DNA from: Trichoplax adhaerens
Lineage: Eukaryota; Animalia; Placozoa
DNA: 64,000 bases
Reading direction: 5' to 3'
Assembly: GCF_000150275.1 (NCBI RefSeq)
Contig: NW_002060945.1
Coordinates: forward strand, 6,073,246 to 6,137,245
Position numbers and translations under genes: made by a program. This document shows, one piece after another, positions 28,701-39,287 of the stretch (positions are counted from its first letter, which is position 1; each line of letters starts with the position of its first letter). Under the pieces are notes generated by a model. The model was given only the letters and a program-made list of their open reading frames with translations. It was not told where the DNA came from and did no database searches.

Positions 28701-29431
28701 CTGGCAGCTTCATTGCCGGGTATAAATTGTTTCGCTTTATGGCACTCATCAAAGATTAAGCAACCATTAAAATTATCGCCACACCAATCCAGAATTTGTT
28801 GTATTCGACTACCTCGTGTATGGGTTGGATTGAAACCACGTTGACCTGATGATATCAACGTAGCATAAGTATTAAATAGAATGCCATCTTTGACTTGTGG
28901 AGACATGCCTGCAACTCTGGTCTCACGATCTAACTCTTGACAGCCATCAATGACCTTAATAAAGCAATTTATATCTTTTAAATCTCTTTCAGCATCTATC
29001 CTTAAATCGTGAGATGTGCTAAACCATAAATGTTTTCGTCGGCCACGGACATAATTATTAATAATGATACCAGCAATTTGTCTTCCTTTGCCTACTCCAG
29101 CAGCATCTCCAAGATAGAATCCAGCTCTAGCACCCTTCGGCAAGATCATCTGATGGCGTTGGCATGCATGTAAGATACCTTCTAATTGCAAATCACTTAA
29201 TTTACAATCAAGTATTAAATGTGGTGGTAAGGCATCTTTTAGCGGATAGTTAGTAGGCGGCAGGATTTGAGCAGCTAAAGAAGCAGCTTCGACAACATTT
29301 CCCGGATGACTTTTGTAGTTAGTAATATCACCTAAGGAGTGGCATCGATAGGGCAAGAAAACTTCTCTATTTTTCTCTTGGCCATAATCTTCATCGGCAA
29401 TTCGATTGATCTCTTCATCATGATGAGCCAT
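25781..29431 (-). CDS. Strawberry notch (SBNO/FORGETTER1)-family SF2 helicase-like protein with a C-terminal UBZ zinc finger; single coding exon
   Basis: Motifs are [18 protein letters not shown] (Walker A), [10 protein letters not shown] (Walker B), [57 protein letters not shown] and FLNRILG. The first ATG is at 29431. The ORF-track start at 29512 is a GTG inside a probable 5' UTR intron (29595-29476). The C-terminus is CPVC-x15-H-x3-C. Confidence 0.92.
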   Translation of the reverse strand: [1216 protein letters not shown]

Positions 29432-29595
29432 AAGTAGGCAAGTAGTTGATTTTTTACCAGGGTACAACTGCAAATCTGCAATTAATAATTTAACTTTATT
29501 TTTAAAGTTCACTTTGGCGCCAACAAGCTATTAGCAAACATTTCGTGGGCCAGGGCATGATTGATTTACGGTCCAGATCAAAGTTTGATTTTCAC

Positions 29596-30869
29596 CTATA
29601 GTGTGCACTGTACTGTGTATCGGTACAGTAGAAACGTGCAGTACAATACTAGAGAAGAGTAAAACATAAACAAGTTTGTTCATGTTTGTTTGAATCAAAG
29701 ACAGTAGAGCCGGTTAGGGTAGGCCAGTACTGAGTCTGCGTGGGAAGGATGGTTGGACAGCATCATTGCGCACAATCAGGATTTTTCTTTGGTGATGCGC
29801 TACAGTATAGTGTACTGTACACTGTACACTGTAAGACCGGCTACACACCACTTGGTGAGCAGTCGGAATGACATCATGTTTGAGCAAGACTGCACTCAGT
29901 ATACTGTACGTGTCGATCCGCTCCACTTTGTATCTGTGTAGCATTTTTGATTTATTTTTGAATCTAATCTACAGTACTGTATAGTGCATAGACCGGTAGG
30001 CACCTACTGTACTGTAAGTTGCATCTGTTGGAGGGTAGATGTGGTGAGCGGCATTGCGGCCAATATCAGAGGCTAGTCCTTGTTCATCAACATGGTCATA
30101 AAATTGGGTATGCGACACGATCCAAAAGTTGCTAGTCTGTTACTGCTGGTGTTGCTGTACTCAGTGTACTGTATGACCAGTGGAAGACAAAAGAACCTTT
30201 TGTCCGCTGGTTATCTCCAGCTAAAAGTGGGTGAAGTTGCTGGAGTAATCAATCAATCACAATGTGTTTTACAGTACAATGTACTGTACACTCATGGTAC
30301 CACTAGATACGACCGGTCGCGTTCCGGTCTGATAGTGGTCCATGACTCTTACTCTACAGTGTACAGTGTACAGTGTACACTCACGGTACCACTAGATACT
30401 GTACGACCGATCACGTTCCGGTCTTGTAGTGGTCCATGACTCTACAGTACTGTAGACACCAGTACAGAACCGTACTGTACAGTACAGTGTACAGTATCTT
30501 TATACTGTACAAACCCCTGACTGCTGTACTGTACACTCATGGTACCAATAGAGGCGACCGGTCGCGTTCCGGTCTTGTAGTGGTCCAGGATTGTACTCTA
30601 CAGTGTACAGTGTACAGTACTGTAGACAGTGGTACAGAACCCTACTACTCTACAGTATCTTGATACCTGTACAAATCTCTGTCTGCACTGTACACTGTCA
30701 TAACGTACAGTAGGACTGCGTGGCCAGTACGTAGTAAAGGACCACGGTTACCATGTGTAGTGACACTACTAGTGAGTGATGACAAGCTCGGCCACTCTGA
30801 CTGGCTTCCATTGAAGTAGACGTATTGGACGTCTTGGAAAAATTTCACCAAGCCAATCGATAGAAGACT
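29596..30869. promoter_or_regulatory. Bidirectional promoter region between the head-to-head SBNO-like and Mint/X11 genes
   Basis: The start codons are about 1.44 kb apart and divergent. The region has higher GC than its flanks and is saturated with tacagt/actgta/tgtaca words. Confidence 0.6.
30281..30695. repeat. Complex tandem repeat containing three copies of an imperfect hairpin separated by (tacagtg)n-type spacers
   Basis: Copies are at 30293-30344, 30382-30438 and 30538-30589, with consensus ca(t/c)ggtaccactagatacgaccggtcgcgttccggtct(t)gtagtggtccatg. A higher-order unit of about 245 bp starts at 30281 and 30526. Confidence 0.85.
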
Positions 30870-33800
30870 ATGGCGGATATCAATAGCACTAGCAGCGAAA
30901 GATATTCCAGCTTGGATAGCATCGCTGTCTCTGAAGAAGATATTGCCTTAGGTAGTGCTAGTCTAACTGGTGATGATATCGTTGAAGAACAGGATGGTAT
31001 TCATGAAAATTCACTCCATGACGACAATAAGGCACAAGAGAGTGTTGAAGAGCAATCATGCCAAGTTGAATTGAATCTCAGTGAAAAGGGTGATGATCTG
31101 GACGAAAATCAACAATCCAATCACGATCTTCCTCCTAGCCCAGTGGATCATGAACCCAAAAATGATGATGATACTGGCGATCCAGATAGTATTGCGTTGG
31201 TTAGTTATACAGTGGATGAAAGTGGTACAGGTAATCAGTTTAATGTTAATCAAGCCTTGATCCATCATCAGATTGCTTTTCTACTTTATCTCTATTACAT
31301 CGAATGTGGTCTTGTTCCATTTCATCTCAGTCATTTTATCACCACTGCTCTTTTTTCCTTCAATTCAATTAATCAATAACGGATAAAATAGCTTGAGTAC
31401 ACGATACACTGTCAAACTACCTAAGTAGACTGGATCAACATAGATCCTAATAATGGCCCCTAGTTTTCACATTTTACCTCGTTGATCCATTTTGTCATGA
31501 CATCCAAATGGATCTGTGCTCTCGTCCACAGTACAGTACATGATGTTCTCATCGGTAGTTATCGCATGATACTGTAGAATCGTCTTTAGCCCTTGGGGTA
31601 CTGTACCGTACGTATGGGGCAACTTTTGAATGGCGCAAGACGACCATTTCCATACTTTCTATTTCACCATAATAAGACGTATGGAAGACAAGTATCCTCT
31701 CGATTGTAACGCTATATCATCGAATTTTTCTTTTATGGTTGGTATTCATGTGGCTTATTCAGTTCGACTGGAATCCAATGGATATTATAGCACATTTGGG
31801 CAGTGTGATTAGTATATTATTGAAATCGTTGATACTATTTTCATCATCTTCTATGAAGAAATAGGTCAATCTCGACGCTGCTGAGCAATGCATGCTTTTA
31901 CGTTTATATGTGTAGAGAGAAGACTAATATACTTCGATTACATCCAACATTCTAATTGTAATCGAGAATTTATTTTGCGAGGGGTGATCGACCAGTTACT
32001 GAAGGACTTGCTAGCAATAAATTAATTATACCAGTAATAAATAAATCAAACTTCGACTACATACGGTATACACTAATTTGTATTCTTGGCTAGATAATTC
32101 ATATTGTCTTGTGATTTCTACCATGATAGCCATGTATTCATTCCATCTGCTAAAGAATGGCCAAAGGGGAGCAATCGATGAAACAAATAATTCACAAGGC
32201 TTCACTATTGAAAATAAGATTATACAATGGTTTTTTTTTTTCTACACTCTCAGTAGATGATACTGTATTCCATTACTCTATGCTATTATCCACTTACTAA
32301 TTCCATCATTAAGATATCAATGTGCTGCATTAAACAGTTATTTGCTATGGTACGGTCAGCCATAGTACTGTACTGTATAGTTGCTATCCTTTTTCGGCCT
32401 TTAATCCCTAACATTCAATTCTTCGATTGTTTACCATGTATCTATCAAAGATTAAAACTTATCGTTAATATACTGTACTAATAGCTAAGTACTATCCATG
32501 TCTTCCAATCCAATCCAATCTGGATAATACATGCTAAGTTGAAGATTTTCTCTCTTCCTCATCAATATCCCCTTGGCTGTGATGTCAACATAGACAGATG
32601 TCTATGGTAGTACTGGTTTATTGCAATCTCGTGACTGAGTAAATATAACGTCAACGTAGCTACACTTTATTGCTCTATCGTGCGATTCGTGCCAAGAAAG
32701 CACCAGGAATGATCTAATTCATATCTTTTGTGTATTTTCTTTCATTTCTTAATTATTAAAATGGGATTCAAAAAGAATGATTCTGATTATTATTATATCG
32801 ACTAACTGCACTACTTACTCTACTGGGTGTTTTAGTTGTTGAAACTCGCGTAAAAGGCCAAGAAAATAGCCTTACATCTCCTCCTATTGTTCCATATGAT
32901 TTGGTCTATGTTGATAATAGTCAAGGAGAAGAATTATCTCAGGATCAAATTCCACTTGTCCACTATGATGCGATTGATACTAAAGTTGTTAGTCATACCA
33001 ACGGAACTGCAGATGTGGAAAACAATCAAAGTGAAATTCTGGATTCTAATCAAGTTAACGGTCTTCTGCAAGGTGAGAAAATTCGATATATATATATATA
33101 ACATATACAGTACAATTAATTCTACAATATCGAGTAGATAAAGTATCATCCTACCCTGACACAGCATGGCAATAATCATACAGCTTTTTCTCTTACCTAT
33201 ATGGCAATGACAGCATAATCATTTTCATTCATGCTAACAAATTCATGCATAGCGAACTATTGACAATACCACAATTGTTACTCCTTTAAATAGTGCTTTC
33301 TATATACATGGAATGATTAATTAGTTCTATTAAACATAGACTGTACCTCATTTCTTAGACTATACGCGTATAATATCTCTAGTAATCTGGTTTATAAGAA
33401 ATGTATCAAATATTCGTTATGGACATTGTAAATTCTATATTCCGTTACAGTTTCCTTTTTATTTATATTCTTTAACTCTAAAGAAAATTATTTGTACAAC
33501 AACAAAGATTTTACCTTCAGTTTTGCTTGATAAACTATTTACAATATTTATGGATATCATCTTTTAGTATGAAGTGCAATAGGGTAGCGGCGATTAGTTC
33601 TGCATCATAAATGGGAAGGACCTAATACTATATGTGACCACGTTTGCGATGTACTTGTATAACTAAAGTGCGTCTGCACATGTTCTACTACTGCCTTTAC
33701 TGGACATATTTTAACTGTAGATAGTGTCGCAGTGGTTAAAAATTTCAAAGTGATTTGTAGAATCACTGTTAGTAGTTCAAGAAATGATAGTTTTAAATGA

Positions 33801-36800
33801 TAAAATACGCGTATAGTCCCTTCTCCGTATATTTGTATCTTACTGGCTTATAGTTAAAGCATACACATTTTTTTTATCCAAGAACTTACTCTTATGACAG
33901 TTTTTCAACTAATTATATGATGATATAATAAATATAATATTACATTTATATAGTTTCTGCACAGTAGGTATTGTTAATCATAATTTCATTTACCAAAATT
34001 TGCTAATGAACTGAAATCTATTGAAATCAGTTTACGCTGTGAAGACCATCTCATGGGATAATATTAGACTTTAGTGAACTGTTACAATGATGAATTATTT
34101 ATTTAAACTTGATTTAGATGCAGTGTATTACATTACACTTAACGCCAAATAATCACCTTTATTGTTTTCCTCTGCAATCTAAGCATAGAATTGACAAATG
34201 TGTAGTATTTTGTGCCAACGTTAATATATCTCATACTGTATTAATATTAATAATTCGCATGATAAGCGACAGCTCAAGCTTTTAAACTTTTGTATAAATG
34301 CAACTATTCCTGTATCCATACAATTCGCAGCGTTAAGAAATTAGATTTTTACTCTTACTATAATGGTCAAAATTTCGAAACTTCTAGGAATCGTTAATTC
34401 AAATCGTTACAGAAATTGAACGAATGTAACGCTTCCAACTAGATCAGTTATTAATTAATAGTATGGTATACAGTTGTCTCGTTGCTGTGCTGATTAAATG
34501 TTTGTAATACTTTTTAGACAATGAAATATTGGAATCGAAAAGTCCTACTGTAATGGAAAGTAGTGATTCACTAGCAGAAAAAGAGACGTCAGATGCAATA
34601 AAGGAAGAGAACAGTGAGAATGATATCAACCACACACCAAAAATTGACGAGCATGGTACAGTATATAGTATTTCCCTTTCAAGATTACATCATTTCATAA
34701 TCTAAATTACTATAAAGATCATATCTCTGTAGATGGTACTGTAAGTTTGCTGAGTAAAATAATTCCACCTTAAACCGTGCGTTTATATATCTAGCAACTG
34801 CATATTATTTATATGATTTATTCTGTTTGTGTATAAAAACCTAGTTATCCTTCATTTTAATCTAGTGTAACTTTATATTTTTGAGTCTTATGCAGTTGCT
34901 TTCATCTGATATGATGATGCCTTGTCTTTTATTAGTTGATATACCTATTATAGATAATGCTACTTTAGCTGCGGAAGAAAAGGAAAAAGGAAATATCGCT
35001 TTTAGAAAAAATGATTTCGATGAAGCTTTAGAGCACTATAATAAAGCAATTAAGCTTGTTCCTTCTAATATTATCTTTTATATTAACAGAGCAGGTAAGG
35101 GTATGATTTATTAGCATTGTACAATTTGTTATAAGAAAGGAGATTATCTTATATTGTACATACACTAGTTCTTTTCTAAAAATGTAATTCACGCTTGCAA
35201 TGCTTCACCTTTCAGCCACTTACTACAATTTGGAGGAATATAAAAGAAGTATCAAAGATGCCGAATATGCCTTAGAGTTGGGATCGAAACAAGATGCTGA
35301 TACAAAGTTAATAGCTCGTACATATTCTCGCCTGGGCTACTCGTATAAAAAATTGAATCAACTTAGTTTGGCAATTACCTACTTTAATTCATCGTTAAAG
35401 TTACGTGATAGTACAAAGATAAGGAAAGAGTGTTTAGATGCAGAATCGCAACTAATCAAGCAAAAAGCTGCAGACCTTAAAGAAAAGGAGTTGCGGCTAT
35501 TAAATGAAAAGAAAAGAAATGAAAGCACAGGAAAGGTATGATTGGCCGTTGTGGTAGATTGTCACTACAGTATTGTATTTCTCAAGTGCAGTGTGTCATG
35601 TTTTTAAAATAGGACAACCCTAAAGCGAATAGAAAAGGAAAGCAACCAGCTAAAGTTATTACAACACAACCCCCAGCGGAATCATCACTTGACGTTAGCG
35701 TAGAGCCAATCGCTGAACTACCTTCTTCTGTATTAAATCAGAAAACAGCAGAAAATCATCCAAAGTTAGCCACACAGATGTTAAATCATTCAAGTAATGA
35801 AAGAGTGATGGATAGTGGATTAGAGTGGGATAGTGGCGAATTTGATGGTTCCGAACAGCCTTGCGCAGATGAAGAACATAACGATAATCCTAACCATGAT
35901 AACAAAGAAAGCTTAGTTTCTTCAAGACCTAATAATAACACAAAAGGATTAAGTAAAATAGAATTGATGAAACTACAAATGAAAAAGGACGGAGTTACAT
36001 CACCAAAAGTAGAAACCAACTCCAATGAAGGTAATGTCATTGATCTCTATTAGTTATTACTTGAATCGTTACCAAAGCTCAAATACACATAAAAATAAAA
36101 ATATACGTCTTGGAAATTTTATTAACCAGAATCAATGGAGGACCTAGATCAGGAACCTGATGACCCCGACAGTATTTGGCGTAGACGAAGACTTCCAAAG
36201 TCTTCAAGTTCGACAAAAGATCTCAACACCAGTAGACCTGGTATTCGTAGAGTAAAATCAGAAACTGGAACGAAAGTTAGGTCAGCAGATAGTGAACAAC
36301 CACCAAAAGAACAATTAGATAGAACTGTGGCAGAAAGAGAGGAAGCGTCATATGACGCACAAAATTCAGATCCCTATGGCGTCCTTAGTGATGTTAGTTT
36401 TTAGTTAGATTAAATTATATTTTATTACTCTAATCGTAAAGGTATTTGTATTTTTTTTACTGGTAGAAGATCGAGCCGTTGAAACAAGACGAATTAAAAG
36501 GTTTGCTAGATGCAAAGTCTTCATTGTAGAATGTAGTACTTCTTACTTCATTACTGTTCTTGTTGTTGCTATATGCACGTATTAAAATGTAACAGTTGTA
36601 GATAGAAAAAAGTTACATGTTCCTCCTTAAAAAACTTCAATATGCTTGGGTTGAACATAGGTCGTGACACTGGTAGGCATCATCCTGCTGATTTAACTAG
36701 AGGAGTCGTATACGATGCTGATGTAAGTACATTTAGTAAGATCGCACAAATAATTTTTATAGCTAAGCATGTGGAGTGACCAAGTATGAGCTTTTCAAAT

Positions 36801-38804
36801 AAATAAATGTCTCGAGGGACGTGATAGTAGGTTTAAGTAAAGTCTTTATCGTCAACATATCAGACGCTAACTCATTGAAAGAACTGTGTAAATATTTTAT
36901 AGTTCTTATCATGTTTTGGAATTTGTATACCCAGTATCTAGGGACAACACGTCTAGTCAACGATGTGGAATGGTCAGCAAAGACTCGAATAAATTTAGCC
37001 AAAGAAGCTATTGAGAGGATAAAGGTAGTAATACTTAAGTAGTATTGTATTTGTCGTTGAGTGATTATGATCTCTCATCTATAAATTTCTGGTTCATTTT
37101 CCTTTATGACATTTACATAGGTAACGTCTTCGGACTTTCAGAGTTGTATGGATGTCGAAATTGTTATATCTGTCCGTAGCATAATCGTTTTACAGTCATC
37201 AGATAAGGTAAAAATTTTCTCTGTTTGATGAAATTTGAATTCTATTTTATAGTCGTTGTCAGTATTATGGTAAAAAATTTCGTTAATTTAGCCATACAAT
37301 CTATTGTTACTTAAATGCCCTATTGATATTCACCAAAATGTAGAAATTGCTCGTTGAAACTCTCTTGCATAACGTTTCGTACATCGCCGATATTGGAAAT
37401 ATTGTGGTATTGATGACCAGACGTCACAAGCGGAAAGAAGAGGACTTTGTGAAAGAAAAGAGTGGAAAAGCCATGATTGAAGTTTCCACTTCTGATTTTG
37501 ACGAAGATCCGAAGGGTTCTCAAGTAGTCAGCCACGTTTTTAGTTCTCAATATGTATGTTTAGTTTGTTCGTTCTTAAATTTTTGTAGATATGGTTATTT
37601 ATTTTGAGTTTTACTCAGGATATTAAAAAATAAATCAATTTTGATCCTATTGAAGGCACGGTCAATCGCCAAATCTATTGGACAGGCCTTTGACATTGCT
37701 TATGAAGAATTTGTTAAAGAGAAGGGCTGGAGTCAGGAAGAATTAGAAAAAGTTGAATACGAGAATGTCTTAAGTTGTCAACGAACCTCAGTAGAGGAAC
37801 TTGGTCGACTGTCAGATATTAATTGCAAGAAAAAGGTACAATCATTGAATAGCTATTTTTACTATAATGGCAAGCAAGTACATGTAGTTAGGAATTGTAA
37901 TCAGTCAAATAGTTTTACCTTTATTGGGACAAGTAAAATTTCTACCGTACAAATAACAGTAGTTGTTAATTTTTTTAATTTTATTTTGGATGTGAATTCT
38001 AGGTTGTAGTACGAAAAAAACGAAATGAAAATCTAGGAATAATGATAATACCTTCCGGCTGGGGATCATTAATACCAGCCCCCGTGATTGCTCATATCAA
38101 TAAATTCGGCCCCGCTGCCTTAGGTGGTCAGTTAAACGTTGGCGACCACTTAATGTTTGTGAATGGTATTAGCCTTGTCGCCTTACCAATCGATAAGTGC
38201 AAAGCTATTATTAAGGTACAGTAATCGACGTCAATCTGAATAAAGTTATGAAAATGTTAACCCATTATTGAAAATATCCGATATGGATCAAATTGTAGGA
38301 AAGCTGCCAGGCAACAGAAGTAACTTTAGAAATTGTATCCATGTCACCGGTAACAGAAATAGTACTAAGAAGACCAGATACGAAATATGTATGGGGATTT
38401 AGTGTGCAAGATGGTTTGGTATGAATGTTTAGCTTTATTGATTGACTTACTAAATGTAGCTATCCTTTTAAACCTATTACGAATATATTTTTTACTTGTA
38501 GATTTGCAGTGTTATTCGTGGAGGTATTGCGGAACGAGGTGGTGTACGTGTTGGCCATTATATTTTAGATATCGACAGACATAATATTGTAAAGGCTACG
38601 CATGACCAAGTTGTCGAACTCCTAACGATATCCACCGGAGATGTCAGTATTTACCTCTGTACAGCTTTCTCTTTAATTTTATGTAACTTCACAATTGGCA
38701 ATACTTACATTAAAATAATAATTTTTTTTTAGTTACGTTTGAGAACCATGCCTGCTAGTATGTATAAACTGATGACAGACCAAGAAACGCCAGAATACAT
38801 CTAA
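30870..38804 (+). CDS. APBA: Mint/X11/LIN-10 adaptor (PTB + 2 PDZ) with an additional N-terminal TPR domain
   Basis: Exons 30870-31230, 32836-33072, 34518-34655, about 34954-35094, 35216-35535, 35613-36030, 36130-36392, 36467-36500, 36661-36722, 36935-37024, 37121-37207, 37344-37553, 37656-37835, 38003-38215, 38299-38419, 38502-38642, 38733-38804, all phase-compatible. PTB signatures are YLGTT, SYIADIGNIVVLMTRR and IAKSIGQAFDIAYEEF. PDZ1 has SGWGSLIP, PDZ2 has [27 protein letters not shown], and the tail is TMPASMYKLMTDQETPEYI*. Confidence 0.9.
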
Positions 38805-39268
38805 ATTGAAATTTCATTTATTATGTCAAGAATTGAAGATTGTATCTAATATTGTATTATTGAAATGCAGAAGTATGCGATGCATCAAATAAGCAAGTGA
38901 AATTTTGTAAATTGTAATAACTTAATGGTGAATTTCTATTGTTATAATTTGATTTGCAAATCTTTCGCTTTGCTTTGTGTTAATGTTCATTACAGTTTTA
39001 TGATATTTTTAAGCCAGTTAGCGATATACATCACTATCTTGTATCTTTAAGAATGATTGCGGGTTATTGGATAGCTGATTAATATAGCAATATAATGGCC
39101 GTTCCAAGAGTATGTTTTCTGGAATTGTATTAGAATTCTTCATTATTGTTTGTAGTTGTTTACGTTGAACGTCATAACTACTCTGTTCTAAAATTTAATC
39201 AATTGCTTTATATTGTACAATGATGATATATTATATATGCATACGCACATACATACTCGTACATATAA

Positions 39269-39287
39269 CATATATATATATATATAT
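39269..39287. repeat. (TA)n microsatellite downstream of the Mint stop codon
   Basis: catatatatatatatatat is seen directly. Confidence 0.8.

Noticed and set aside
29432-29512. ORF-track N-terminal extension of the SBNO-like protein
   Set aside because: It starts at GTG inside a probable 5' UTR intron. The first ATG is at 29431.
29711-29723. ggttagggtagg as a telomeric seed or telomerase RNA template
   Set aside because: There is only one TTAGGG unit and no recognisable pseudoknot, CR4/5 or H/ACA context.
30281-30695. CRISPR-like look of hairpin repeats separated by spacers
   Set aside because: The context is eukaryotic, there are only three degenerate long repeats, the spacers are themselves repetitive and unequal, and no cas genes are present.
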